A stretch of DNA of 64,000 bases from a virus. Below, piece after piece: positions 1-8,123 of the stretch. The stretch is from positions 1-64,000 of IMG/VR virus record IMGVR_UViG_3300043409_002246; one strand, written 5' to 3'. The notes under the pieces were generated by a model, which saw only the letters and a list, made by a program, of their open reading frames with translations, did not search any database and was not told where the DNA came from. The translations under genes and the position numbers were made by a program. Every line of letters starts with the position of its first letter. The stretch's first letter is position 1.

Positions 1-173
1 ACGGCCACGAAGGGCTCGACAAGGTGCCCGGCCTTCTGTGCGTCGCTGGCCGGAACAATCGCGATCTGCGCGTTCGTGCCGTCGAGCTTCTCGGTGATGA
101 CGCAACCGCGCGACAGGCGCGCGATCTTCGAGAAGGGTTGAAAAACCGTCAGGGTAGTTTCGGGGGTGTTCAT
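1..173 (-). CDS. RNA ligase family protein, N-terminal part (runs off the window; absent from the ORF track)
   Basis: Hand translation MNTPETTLTVFQPFSKIARLSRGCVITEKLDGTNAQIAI contains nucleotidyltransferase motif I (EKxDGxN). ATGA overlap with the upstream gene. Confidence 0.75.
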   Translation of the reverse strand, partial: MNTPETTLTVFQPFSKIARLSRGCVITEKLDGTNAQIAIVPASDAQKAGHLVEPFVA

Positions 174-271
174 TTGAGTAGTGCAGTCAGGAGCCAGAGG
201 GTGAAAATTGCCCACACCGTCGCCCGGTTCCAAGCGGCGACGGCGTAGGTGTGGTGTTTGGTGAAGATCAT
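170..271 (-). CDS. 33-aa hydrophobic small protein
   Basis: MIFTKHHTYAVAAWNRATVWAIFTLWLLTALLK; ATGA overlaps at both ends. Confidence 0.55.
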   Translation of the reverse strand: MIFTKHHTYAVAAWNRATVWAIFTLWLLTALLK

Positions 272-444
272 GGGTTGATCTCGGTAATCCGCCCGGACTT
301 GGTTCGCGGTGCGGTCGCGCGCTTCGCAGCGTGCTTTGCCGCCGCGCGTTCGCCGGCGAGGTTGCGCCGGATGCGGGCGTTGTTGGCGGCGTGCGCCTTG
401 TCGGCGAGCCGGTTGGCTAGGATGATCTGGTCGAGTCCGTTCAT
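268..444 (-). CDS. 58-aa basic Ala/Arg-rich hypothetical protein
   Basis: MNGLDQIILANRLADKAHAANN...; A/C-rich leader (AAAACACC-ATG) downstream of the 479-507 promoter. Confidence 0.6.
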   Translation of the reverse strand: MNGLDQIILANRLADKAHAANNARIRRNLAGERAAAKHAAKRATAPRTKSGRITEINP

Positions 445-478
445 GGTGTTTTGCCTTTGTGTTAACTGTTACGTGTTT

Positions 479-507
479 AAGGTGCCCGGGTCGCGGTCGT
501 TTGTCAA
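479..507 (-). promoter_or_regulatory. Promoter TTGACA-N17-CACCTT
   Basis: Matches the repeated phage promoter motif; the -35 box contains the upstream gene's TGA. Confidence 0.65.
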
Positions 508-995
508 CCGGATATTTTCGTGAAATTTGCGCGCGGGATGTTGACCAATACTTCTTGGTCGCAGGCGTCGCCCCGGTCGGTGCGTCCTCCGAAGGTTTCG
601 TGCGTGTCGCCGAACGATTCCATGTCGCAGATAAAGAGTCCGTCGTCCCACTCGAAGAGTAGAAAGAATTGAACGGAGTAGATGTCTGCCAGATGTCCAC
701 ACTCCTTCAGCTTGCCTTTCGAGATATGCCAGTGCGCGTATCGCTCCGAGGGTCCCTTCCGGCGCTTGTATTCAACGATGGCAACCCTCTGCCCGTTGAG
801 TCCGACGAAGAAGTCGAAGGCAGCGCCAGCCGTCGCCAACAGGCCCGTGTAAACGTCCCCGGAGGGCGCTTTTGCGTTTAGGTAATCAATGGTCGAGCGA
901 AGCGCGTTTGCTTCGTTGACCCGGTCCTGTTCGGTTGCGTATCTTGGTCGCACGTGTGCCCTTTCGTTTGTTGTAGGTTTACCGTCGTTTGTCAC
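504..995 (-). CDS. PD-(D/E)xK family nuclease
   Basis: AFDFFV...AIVEYKRR (D...ExK) in a restriction-endonuclease-like pattern. Confidence 0.6.
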   Translation of the reverse strand: MTNDGKPTTNERAHVRPRYATEQDRVNEANALRSTIDYLNAKAPSGDVYTGLLATAGAAFDFFVGLNGQRVAIVEYKRRKGPSERYAHWHISKGKLKECGHLADIYSVQFFLLFEWDDGLFICDMESFGDTHETFGGRTDRGDACDQEVLVNIPRANFTKISG

Positions 996-1242
996 CCGAA
1001 ATTATCGGCGGGCTGTTCCGCAAGTAGGCTTCGTGCCGCAGGCGGTGGCACTCGTTTACGGTTTTCTCAACCCACACCGGCGGAGCCGGCGGCGGCGTCG
1101 GCGGGGGCGGGTTCACCAGCGCCTTGAGCATCATCCAGAACAGCTTGCAAAAGCTCGGCTCTGCCGAGGGCTTCTCACCCCTTCTATAAAAGACGGAAAT
1201 GAAACAGACGGCGAGCACGACAGTCCAAAAGAATGTAATCAT
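979..1242 (-). CDS. Small membrane protein with Pro-rich stretch
   Basis: N-terminal TM-like segment FFWTVVLAVCFISVFY. Confidence 0.55.
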   Translation of the reverse strand: MITFFWTVVLAVCFISVFYRRGEKPSAEPSFCKLFWMMLKALVNPPPPTPPPAPPVWVEKTVNECHRLRHEAYLRNSPPIISGDKRR

Positions 1243-1253
1243 GTTTTGGTCGT

Positions 1254-1856
1254 TCAGGAAAGGGTTTTCAAAAACTCGATCAGCTTCAGCGTATTCGCCA
1301 GCGTCAGGTGAAGCTGCGCGTTGATATTGTCCGCCGAATCTACGATGAAATGGCCCTCCGGGACGGCGACGGTGCAGCCGTAGGCGGTCGCCGGGGTGTT
1401 CCCGATCTTCGCGGCGCGCTTCACGGTTTCAATCGCGGACGCCTTGTTCGTGGTGTAAGCGTCGTTCGCGTTGCGTTGGGCGATGCACTTGGACAACACC
1501 GGGAGGTAGCCGGGCAGGTATCGCCGCATGATCTCGGCGACGATGACCTTCGGGGACTTGGTCGCGGCCATGTAGATGCTCTCGCACTCGCTCCCGTCGC
1601 GCAGGTCGCGCGGCGTGACCATCGTGGAGTAGTTGTGTTTGTTCTCCGGCAGCTTGCTCATGGGCCAGACCGCGTGAACCCCTACGCGCTCGCCGTCGTA
1701 GCTGATGCGGATGGTCGCTTCGCCGAGGCACTGGTCGGGAAAACGGATGCCGCAGGGGTTGCCGTTTTTGTCGCACTCCAACACGCCGACAGGCGCGAAG
1801 GCAGTGGCAACGTCGAGGATCAGGTGTTGTTTGATTTTCTCAGAAACATTTTTCAT
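1254..1856 (-). CDS. Hypothetical early protein (leaderless)
   Basis: ATG 7 nt after the -10 box; genome-typical codon use. Confidence 0.7.
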   Translation of the reverse strand: MKNVSEKIKQHLILDVATAFAPVGVLECDKNGNPCGIRFPDQCLGEATIRISYDGERVGVHAVWPMSKLPENKHNYSTMVTPRDLRDGSECESIYMAATKSPKVIVAEIMRRYLPGYLPVLSKCIAQRNANDAYTTNKASAIETVKRAAKIGNTPATAYGCTVAVPEGHFIVDSADNINAQLHLTLANTLKLIEFLKTLS

Positions 1857-1863
1857 ATACCTC

Positions 1864-1891
1864 AAGATGGACGGGTTTCGCCGATTGTCAA
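1864..1891 (-). promoter_or_regulatory. Early promoter TTGACA-N16-CATCTT, leaderless
   Basis: Repeated motif; ATG at 1856. Confidence 0.75.
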
Positions 1892-2106
1892 ATTTTTCTT
1901 TTCAGCCGGCGGTTCTTGCTCCCGGCGGCGCGGAAACTCCCGGGGTTGTTACGGCGGAAGCCGTGCCCGTCGCGGCAGCGGCCCGCCACGTCGCTTGGAG
2001 CGTCCGCCGGCAGTTGCGGACAGTTCACGCCTTGGAACGAGCCTAGGGCCAGCGTGAGCGCGGCAAGCTTCAGGCGGGAGGCGAAAAATGGCAGGGGCAG
2101 GCTCAT
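1888..2106 (-). CDS. Hypothetical small protein
   Basis: MSLPLPFF...; ATGA-coupled start; stop lies inside the next -35 box. Confidence 0.4.
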   Translation of the reverse strand: MSLPLPFFASRLKLAALTLALGSFQGVNCPQLPADAPSDVAGRCRDGHGFRRNNPGSFRAAGSKNRRLKRKI

Positions 2107-2186
2107 AGGTATTGGCAGAGAAGGTTGAGAAGCGCCGCAATCCCCCCGAGGAGGATTGCGGTCGCTAGGATGAAGAACAGTTTCAT
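2103..2186 (-). CDS. 27-aa single-TM microprotein (absent from the ORF track)
   Basis: MKLFFILATAILLGGIAALLNLLCQYL; ATGA overlaps at both ends. Confidence 0.6.
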   Translation of the reverse strand: MKLFFILATAILLGGIAALLNLLCQYL

Positions 2187-3286
2187 CGCGGGGGATGGTT
2201 CGCGAGGAATTTCCACCAGCCGGGGCAGTGGCGAAAAGCGTTCTGAACTTCCTGTGACCAGCGCCAAACGTCAGACCAGACACCGTCCCGGCGTTGGATC
2301 ATGCAGGTCCCGTCCGCCCAAAGGGCGTATGTCTCGCCGGCGACAAACCGGATCGTGGCCGTGTCGAGGGTAATCCCGGGGCGTCCCGGTGCCGGCGGCG
2401 TGGCGATGTTCTGCATATCGCTGGCCACGGTCGGAGCCGGTATTTGCCCGCGCGCGTCGGCCAGCAGGTTCGTGAGCGTCGTGATTCGCGCCTTCTGGCT
2501 CTCGATTATGTAGTGGGCCTCGGCTCGTCCGAACGTTCGGCTGGCTTGCAGGTCCGCGACCTGTTTGCGGAGAAATTCCTCGGCAGCGAAAGCCTCGGTG
2601 CTTTTCTCGCGGATGGTGCGAGCCTGATTGTCGTTGCGCTCCTGAAGCTCCTTGATCCTCGCTTCGTGTTGCGTCCGCTGGTTCACCAGATCGCAAATTC
2701 GCACCCGCAAATCCGAGTTCTCCGCCATCTCCTTGTCCTTGGCCCCGGAAAGGGCGGCGCGCAGCTTGGCGGTGTATTTGAAAAGGTTCTCCGCTTCGTA
2801 GGAGTAAACCAAGGTCGGGTCCATGTCCTCGCCCGCCGAGGCCCGGCGCATGATGTTTTGGAGGTTGACCCGGTTGGTGCGCTCGTTACGATACCATCGC
2901 TCGAAATCAGCGGCCTTCTGTTTCTCCGATTGCAAATCGCGCTCGCACGCAATGTTGTTCAGCACGGCGGGGGAATACGGCGGGAGGTTGTTGCAGAACG
3001 CGTGAACTTTCGCCCGGTTCGATTCGCGGCGAGTCTCGTCTTGGTTGAGGGCGCGCAAGTTTTCGCGCAGTTTCATTTGAAATTGAATGCGAACGATTTT
3101 CAGGTCGCGGCAAGCTGAAGATTCGAGCTTGCTTCCCTCGTCGCGAATCCACTCCTCGATGAACCGCAGCGGGTCCGGGCTCATTTCGCAAACCTCCCGG
3201 ATGGCGCAGCGGCGGCGGCGTCGCATTTGAAGTTGTTCCGTGTCGTGGACGTGGCAGGACGTGTTCATGGTCTGTTTTCCTTTCAT
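2183..3286 (-). CDS. Coiled-coil hypothetical protein
   Basis: Long E/K/R/Q helical region; start at 3286 or 3268 after CCAACC. Confidence 0.65.
   Translation of the reverse strand: MKGKQTMNTSCHVHDTEQLQMRRRRRCAIREVCEMSPDPLRFIEEWIRDEGSKLESSACRDLKIVRIQFQMKLRENLRALNQDETRRESNRAKVHAFCNNLPPYSPAVLNNIACERDLQSEKQKAADFERWYRNERTNRVNLQNIMRRASAGEDMDPTLVYSYEAENLFKYTAKLRAALSGAKDKEMAENSDLRVRICDLVNQRTQHEARIKELQERNDNQARTIREKSTEAFAAEEFLRKQVADLQASRTFGRAEAHYIIESQKARITTLTNLLADARGQIPAPTVASDMQNIATPPAPGRPGITLDTATIRFVAGETYALWADGTCMIQRRDGVWSDVWRWSQEVQNAFRHCPGWWKFLANHPPR
3236..3266. repeat. 31-bp exact direct repeat, copy 1 (copy 2 at 5966-5996)
   Basis: ttccgtgtcgtggacgtggcaggacgtgttc at both sites. Confidence 0.9.
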
Positions 3287-3297
3287 GGTTGGTGGTC

Positions 3298-3360
3298 TGA
3301 ATAGATGACAAGTGGTAGTTTCACAGTGACGAGTCGGGGGTGATAAGTGAACCGTGACCG
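3298..3360 (+). repeat. Degenerate 7-nt-period array (GTGAnnn)
   Basis: atgacaa gtggtag tttcaca gtgacga gtcgggg gtgataa gtgaacc gtgaccg. Confidence 0.6.
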
Positions 3361-3695
3361 TCCGTGATAAGGTTTGGGTCAAGTCGGGTGTTTCCGTAAA
3401 ACAAAGTTGACCCGGATTCAGAAGTCCCCACGGAGAAGGGTTGCCCCGGAACCGGGTAAATCCTCCCCGGGGGAAGTGTAGGGAAAGGACAGGGCTTGCC
3501 GCCTGCCGTGCCATAATAAACGTCCGCCTTGTAGTTCAGGACGGCGCACAATGCGAGCAGTTCCCGGCGGTGCGCGACTTCCAAATCCTTTTCGAGCTTT
3601 TCGATCCGTAGGAGGGCCTCGGCGACGTTGTCTTCGAGCATCAGGTCTGCATTGAGCCGGTGAATGCGGTATCGGATAAGTGCGGAGGATTGCAT
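3321..3695 (-). CDS. Hypothetical protein
   Basis: Helical N-terminal half; the C-terminus runs into the repeat array. Confidence 0.55.
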   Translation of the reverse strand: MQSSALIRYRIHRLNADLMLEDNVAEALLRIEKLEKDLEVAHRRELLALCAVLNYKADVYYGTAGGKPCPFPTLPPGRIYPVPGQPFSVGTSESGSTLFYGNTRLDPNLITDGHGSLITPDSSL

Positions 3696-3697
3696 AT

Positions 3698-4069
3698 TCA
3701 GTAATCAGGTGAGGCGCCGATGTCGTCGCGGTTGTAGCCGTCCACGCGATCCGCCTGCCGGAAACTGCGCGGTTTGCGTTCTGCCGGCGTGCGGTGCTTC
3801 ACGTAATTGCGCTCGTCGCACCTGCCGGGGGTGCCAAAACGGCCTCCGCAGTTGCAAACTACGTGGTCCGCGAACACGAGCGTCGCGCGCCCGGACTTCT
3901 CCGTCCACTCTTGGCCGTTGCGCCCGATGCCGTTCGGCACCAAAAACGTAACGCGGTCGCCGGGGCGGATGCCTTTGAAGGTGGACGCGCGGCGTTCGAC
4001 TTCCGGCGCGCTGGCGCGATAGCGGGCGGTTGCCTCGGCGAGGACTTGGACTGATTCAATTTCATTCAT
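3698..4069 (-). CDS. Hypothetical early protein (leaderless), C-terminal DGYNRDDIGASPDY
   Basis: ATG 6 nt after the -10 box. Confidence 0.7.
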   Translation of the reverse strand: MNEIESVQVLAEATARYRASAPEVERRASTFKGIRPGDRVTFLVPNGIGRNGQEWTEKSGRATLVFADHVVCNCGGRFGTPGRCDERNYVKHRTPAERKPRSFRQADRVDGYNRDDIGASPDY

Positions 4070-4075
4070 AGCTTC

Positions 4076-4104
4076 AATATGGACGGGTGCCGGCGGTCTG
4101 TCAA
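4076..4104 (-). promoter_or_regulatory. Early promoter TTGACA-N17-CATATT, leaderless
   Basis: Repeated motif. Confidence 0.75.
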
Positions 4105-4169
4105 ATTTTAATTTGCCGAGGGTTGCGCCAGCGGGAGTCCCCGGGAGCGCAACCCGTCGGCGTCGTCGG

Positions 4170-4496
4170 TCAAAGGCATTTCGCGGCGGCAACCACGTTA
4201 GCGTCTTCCATCGCGGCGAGCCGGCGGCGGGCGTTCTCCGCTATTTCGGCGGCGAGCTTGGCGCGAGCCTTCTGGCGCGCAACCCGGGAGGCATTGCGGC
4301 GCTCCTGCTTGGCCTGCAAGCGCGTCAGGTGAACCGCCTGCTTCTCGGTGTTGGCGAGCGCGCGAGCGTGCCGCCTTGCCCGGCTTGCTGCCCTTCGGGC
4401 TTTGTTGGTGGTGGTGCGGATGGCTTGCCGCGCGTAGTCGAAGTGGCCCCGGGGCGCCTTCGGTGTTTTCGGTGCTTTCTCGATGTTCGGTTTCAT
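4170..4496 (-). CDS. Highly basic Arg/Ala-rich helical protein (possible nucleic-acid binder)
   Basis: Composition; leader AAAACACC-ATG. Confidence 0.6.
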   Translation of the reverse strand: MKPNIEKAPKTPKAPRGHFDYARQAIRTTTNKARRAASRARRHARALANTEKQAVHLTRLQAKQERRNASRVARQKARAKLAAEIAENARRRLAAMEDANVVAAAKCL

Positions 4497-4511
4497 GGTG
4501 TTTTGGTGTGT

Positions 4512-4703
4512 TTACGGTTTGGTGATTTCGGTGCTGGTGGTGACGGAGGTTTCCTCGCGCCGGCTGACTTTGAACCCGGCGTGACCCGGGAAGGCCCGGA
4601 CAAGCTCAGACTCGGTCCACTCCGCGCGGTAGGTGTCTTGCTCCGGGTCAGTGCGGAACATAAAAGCGTTGTTGCACGACACGTTGAACCAAATTTTCTT
4701 CAC
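4512..4703 (-). CDS. Hypothetical small protein (GTG start)
   Basis: GTGA overlap with the upstream stop; VKKIWFNVSC... Confidence 0.5.
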   Translation of the reverse strand: MKKIWFNVSCNNAFMFRTDPEQDTYRAEWTESELVRAFPGHAGFKVSRREETSVTTSTEITKP

Positions 4704-5308
4704 GGATAAACCTCCTTCAAAACGTTCGCCGGGCACGTAGGCAACTGGCGGGGAATTTCGCAGGCGGGAAAGTAGGGGTTGCCCTTGCCGTCCACGGTCA
4801 GGCGGATGTCGTCGCCGACATTCCACTGCGGAAGGTGCGAGCCCGTCGAACGAGCGACTTCCCACGCCTCGCCGTCCTTGGCAATCAGGACGTGGCCGGA
4901 AAGCCCGAACGAGTTGGCATTGCGGCTGATGGCCGCGACCCGGAACATCTTCGCGATAACGCGCTCCGTCGTCGGTTGTTTGCGCGACTCCCATTTGTCA
5001 TAGTGCGCCGTGGTGACTGCGTCGAGGACGTCTGAACAGACGTAATCCGCGACCAGTTCCCCGGGAGAGTTGCCGAGCACGAGATACAACGTCCGGGCTT
5101 TCCCGTCGGGGCAGTGGACGGTCAACTGCGACTCGTCGCAAGCGATCAACTCGCTCACGAAATTCTCCCGCGACGTGTCTTCGAGGTTGATCCGGTCTTC
5201 GCCGTTGTTGGCGGTGAGCAGCGTGCAGCCGGCGGCTTCAAGCGCGCGGAGCAGGCTGTTGACTTCGGGCTTCCAGTTGTTCTCGGTGACTGTCAGTGAA
5301 TTATTCAT
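4700..5308 (-). CDS. Hypothetical early protein (leaderless)
   Basis: ATG 5 nt after the -10 box. Confidence 0.7.
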   Translation of the reverse strand: MNNSLTVTENNWKPEVNSLLRALEAAGCTLLTANNGEDRINLEDTSRENFVSELIACDESQLTVHCPDGKARTLYLVLGNSPGELVADYVCSDVLDAVTTAHYDKWESRKQPTTERVIAKMFRVAAISRNANSFGLSGHVLIAKDGEAWEVARSTGSHLPQWNVGDDIRLTVDGKGNPYFPACEIPRQLPTCPANVLKEVYP

Positions 5309-5311
5309 GGT

Positions 5312-5863
5312 TCAAGATAGCAGGGTTGCGGCAGTTGTCAAATCAGTCGGCGCGGCGGCGTTCTGCGCGGCAACCTTGGCGAGCATCGCGTCAACGATGG
5401 CGCGGGCTTCCACACACGACTTGCCCCTCTTGCAGACGAGCGTCGCGATCATGCTGCTGGCAGCGGCGCTGTAATTGTCCGCGCGTGCGGCTTCGTAGGT
5501 GCGTTTGAGCAGCAGCCACTCGTTCGCCTTCGCAGCCGCCGGCTCGTCGAGGAAAGGCCCGAAGGTGTCGAGCCATGCGGACGCCTCGGCGGCGCCGGAA
5601 TAGATGTTGAGCGTGGACCACGTAACGTGGCCAACATCATCCAAGAACATGCAGCCGGCCACGTCCGCGTAGGTCGAAGCTTTCGGCTTGTTCCAGACGT
5701 TGCCGCGCTTCGGGTTCGTCGTCTGACTCCAAAGCCGGGTTCCGCGCTTCGGATGGTGTTCGAGCCAGTAGCGGATTTGGCAGCGCAGGCGGAAGCCGTA
5801 AGGGTAATCCGCAACCACATAAGCAGTTTCGGGACTGGTATGACCTGAGAGGATTTCTTTCAT
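5312..5863 (-). CDS. Hypothetical early protein (leaderless)
   Basis: DYPYGFRLRCQIRYWLE...QTTNPK...WNKPKASTY looks globular; ATG 6 nt after the -10 box. Confidence 0.75.
   Translation of the reverse strand: MKEILSGHTSPETAYVVADYPYGFRLRCQIRYWLEHHPKRGTRLWSQTTNPKRGNVWNKPKASTYADVAGCMFLDDVGHVTWSTLNIYSGAAEASAWLDTFGPFLDEPAAAKANEWLLLKRTYEAARADNYSAAASSMIATLVCKRGKSCVEARAIVDAMLAKVAAQNAAAPTDLTTAATLLS
5314..5341 (-). promoter_or_regulatory. Early promoter TTGACA-N16-TATCTT, leaderless
   Basis: Repeated motif, embedded in the 3' end of the upstream gene. Confidence 0.75.
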
Positions 5864-5869
5864 GGATTC

Positions 5870-5897
5870 AATATGGACGGAGTTTGTGCTTTGTCAA
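5870..5897 (-). promoter_or_regulatory. Early promoter TTGACA-N16-CATATT, leaderless
   Basis: Repeated motif. Confidence 0.75.
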
Positions 5898-5899
5898 AT

Positions 5900-6226
5900 T
5901 TAAGATTGTGAGAGTGCGAGCCGTTCGGAGTTCCACTTGTCGAGCGCCGCCGCGCGCTCCGGGATTTCCGTGTCGTGGACGTGGCAGGACGTGTTCTTCT
6001 TCAGGTTGCCATTCGGCGTAACGGCAAAACTGGTGTGAAAAAGCCAAGCCTCGTCGGAGATGGAGGCGAACGTCCCGCGAGCGCGGATGACGGGCCCGGG
6101 GTTCAGCACGTAGTTTTCGTGCGTGTTGCGGTAGATGAACCCGGCAAGCGCGGCAGCGCGAGCCGAGGGCTTCAGTGCGTCGCCGCGCAGGGTGTGCGGA
6201 GCGTCGGTTTCAGTGTTTCGTTTCAT
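5900..6226 (-). CDS. Hypothetical early protein (leaderless)
   Basis: ATG 7 nt after the -10 box; carries NTSCHVHDTE shared with the 2183-3286 gene. Confidence 0.7.
   Translation of the reverse strand: MKRNTETDAPHTLRGDALKPSARAAALAGFIYRNTHENYVLNPGPVIRARGTFASISDEAWLFHTSFAVTPNGNLKKNTSCHVHDTEIPERAAALDKWNSERLALSQS
5966..5996. repeat. 31-bp exact direct repeat, copy 2
   Basis: Identical to 3236-3266. Confidence 0.9.
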
Positions 6227-6233
6227 GGTGTTC

Positions 6234-6261
6234 AGTATAGCAAGGTTTCGCGCGTTGTCAA
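6234..6261 (-). promoter_or_regulatory. Early promoter TTGACA-N16-TATACT, leaderless
   Basis: Near-consensus sigma70 boxes; the -35 contains the upstream TGA. Confidence 0.8.
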
Positions 6262-6593
6262 ATCGCGGGGCTGATCGAGAGCGCCCAAACCCAGCCGTTT
6301 TTCACAACGGCGCCGTTGTGCCACGATACATTCGTTCGGGCGACGTTGGCCGACTTCACGTTCGGTTGCGGGTCGAAGGCGATGAACTTGCAGTGATCCG
6401 GCTTGCCGGGCAGCGCGTAGGCGTGGCGGTCGCCGAAGACGTAGCCCGCCAGCCGGTCGAGGGAGATTGCGCGCAAGTAGCCGGGAGTCGGCAGCAGCGC
6501 GCCGCCGCAAAGCTCCTTGGCTTGGCGCACGGTGAGGCGAAAATACGAGTTGTCAATGTGGAGCAGTTCGTTGGACTTGAGCTTGATTTTCAT
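6258..6593 (-). CDS. Hypothetical early protein (leaderless)
   Basis: ATG 6 nt after the -10 box. Confidence 0.7.
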   Translation of the reverse strand: MKIKLKSNELLHIDNSYFRLTVRQAKELCGGALLPTPGYLRAISLDRLAGYVFGDRHAYALPGKPDHCKFIAFDPQPNVKSANVARTNVSWHNGAVVKNGWVWALSISPAI

Positions 6594-6599
6594 TGGTTC

Positions 6600-6627
6600 A
6601 ATGTGGACGGGTTTCGGGAATAGTCAA
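6600..6627 (-). promoter_or_regulatory. Early promoter TTGACT-N16-CACATT, leaderless
   Basis: Variant of the repeated motif with shared CCCGTC-CA..TT-GAA. Confidence 0.65.
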
Positions 6628-6630
6628 GTT

Positions 6631-6927
6631 TCATTTGAACGAGCTCGGACAATCGTCGCTGGCGAGATGGTAGCGGCCACAGTTCGTGCAATGGCACAGC
6701 GCGGCCTCTTCGGCGCCCCGTGGCGCGCTCCCGCAGTCCCAATGGACAAGAACACCCTTGGCGCGCAATCGGTCGCTCTCGGAGCGCACAGCGGCGAAGC
6801 TGGTGCATTGAAAGCGGCTCACGGCGCGAACCTTGCCGGTGCGCGTGACCTGCCAGAGGTTGTAAACGTTCCAAGAGGTTAGCGGGCTCCCGTAATTGCC
6901 CACGCGATAGGAGGTTGCAGCGTTCAT
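6631..6927 (-). CDS. Hypothetical protein with C-terminal Zn-knuckle-like CxxC-x3-H-x5-C
   Basis: CTNCGRYHLASDDC; ATGA-coupled start. Confidence 0.55.
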   Translation of the reverse strand: MNAATSYRVGNYGSPLTSWNVYNLWQVTRTGKVRAVSRFQCTSFAAVRSESDRLRAKGVLVHWDCGSAPRGAEEAALCHCTNCGRYHLASDDCPSSFK

Positions 6928-7310
6928 AGGACGTAGGAGAAAACCGGGCCGAACGCAATCGCCGTATAATTGTCGCAAGCCATAGCCGCCGGGCCGAAGA
7001 GGACGGACTTGACGGGCAGCATCGGATCGCCGTTGCAGAATTCGAGCCCCCGGTGGGTAATGACGGATTCTTGGTGGAAGATGCGTCCGATGGCGCGAGC
7101 GTCGCGCGGCTGAATGTTGTGGACGAAGAAACTCCGTCCTTGGTCAATCCCCTTGTAGTAGCCGACGCAGGCGTCGAAGGCGTAGCCAGCTTTGCGGAGG
7201 TAATCTGCGAGCGCGGTGGTAAGCGACACGTTAGCGGCGCCGTTGTGTGGGCCCCGGGCTTCAACAGTGCCGGTGATTACGGCGAAGGAGCGTTTGAAAA
7301 TGTTTTTCAT
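6924..7310 (-). CDS. Hypothetical early protein (leaderless)
   Basis: ATG 7 nt after the -10 box. Confidence 0.7.
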   Translation of the reverse strand: MKNIFKRSFAVITGTVEARGPHNGAANVSLTTALADYLRKAGYAFDACVGYYKGIDQGRSFFVHNIQPRDARAIGRIFHQESVITHRGLEFCNGDPMLPVKSVLFGPAAMACDNYTAIAFGPVFSYVL

Positions 7311-7317
7311 GGTTTTC

Positions 7318-7345
7318 AATATGGACGTGAAAGCGGCAAGTTCAA
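7318..7345 (-). promoter_or_regulatory. Early promoter TTGAAC-N16-CATATT, leaderless
   Basis: Variant of the repeated motif. Confidence 0.65.
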
Positions 7346-7482
7346 ACGAAAGCTGCAAGTAGTTTCATGCCAAGTAGTGGCGTAACGAGACGATAGGCGC
7401 CAACAATTTTCGTGCCAACTTCGGACGCTCTAGGATGCGATATAGGAGGCGATCCACCCTCGCTGCGCTCGGGTCCTCATTC

Positions 7483-7531
7483 GCTATAAGTGACTGGTGA
7501 ACAGTGGTATGTGAACAGTGACAGGTGACAG
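7483..7531 (+). repeat. 7-nt-period array (GTGAnnn)
   Basis: gctataa gtgactg gtgaaca gtggtat gtgaaca gtgacag gtgacag. Confidence 0.75.
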
Positions 7532-7665
7532 GCGCTACGGTCATGGCCGGCGGATTTAATCGTCGCGCCACGGGGCAGCTAGGGGCCGCAGCGCAATTTT
7601 GCGTTAACGTTACCGATTGGCGATTTTTATACACGTGGCCGGCGGCGACGGCGGATGCGTGATTC

Positions 7666-8121
7666 TCACGCTTTGTAAACGGCTTTGACGCGCGAGCGCA
7701 GCTTGGGCGAAAAGGTGTCGCACACGTAGCCGTCAGTGTAGGCGAAGACGTGGCCGGCGGTCGCGACGATGAACCGCCCGGAGCGAGGCAGGTTGCGGAG
7801 CGTCACCGCGACGGTCGCCTCGGGGCACGTCGGGACGGACAGAGGCACAAGGCCCGCCGGGAGCGCGACGTGGCTGAAGTAGGCGCCTCCGCCCGGCTTG
7901 CGGTCGGCGTGCTTGGCGAGGGCAGCGTGCGCCTCGGAGTAGGAAATCGCCTTGGCGATGGCCAGCGCGCGGACGGTGCAGTCCCGGCGCTCGCCGAAGA
8001 AGTGAATGCTGCGCCCGGCATCAGTGTTGAAAAACTTTGCCGTTGCTGGCTTGCGGCGTGTGCGCGCGGGGATGCGGCGCGCGGCGATGCGGTCGAGGAA
8101 GTAGCGTGCGTCGAATGTCAT
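7666..8121 (-). CDS. Papain-like (C39-like) cysteine peptidase-fold protein
   Basis: DCTVRALAIA (Cys), GHVFA (His), DGYVCD (Asp) triad pattern. Confidence 0.6.
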   Translation of the reverse strand: MTFDARYFLDRIAARRIPARTRRKPATAKFFNTDAGRSIHFFGERRDCTVRALAIAKAISYSEAHAALAKHADRKPGGGAYFSHVALPAGLVPLSVPTCPEATVAVTLRNLPRSGRFIVATAGHVFAYTDGYVCDTFSPKLRSRVKAVYKA

Positions 8122-8123
8122 AA

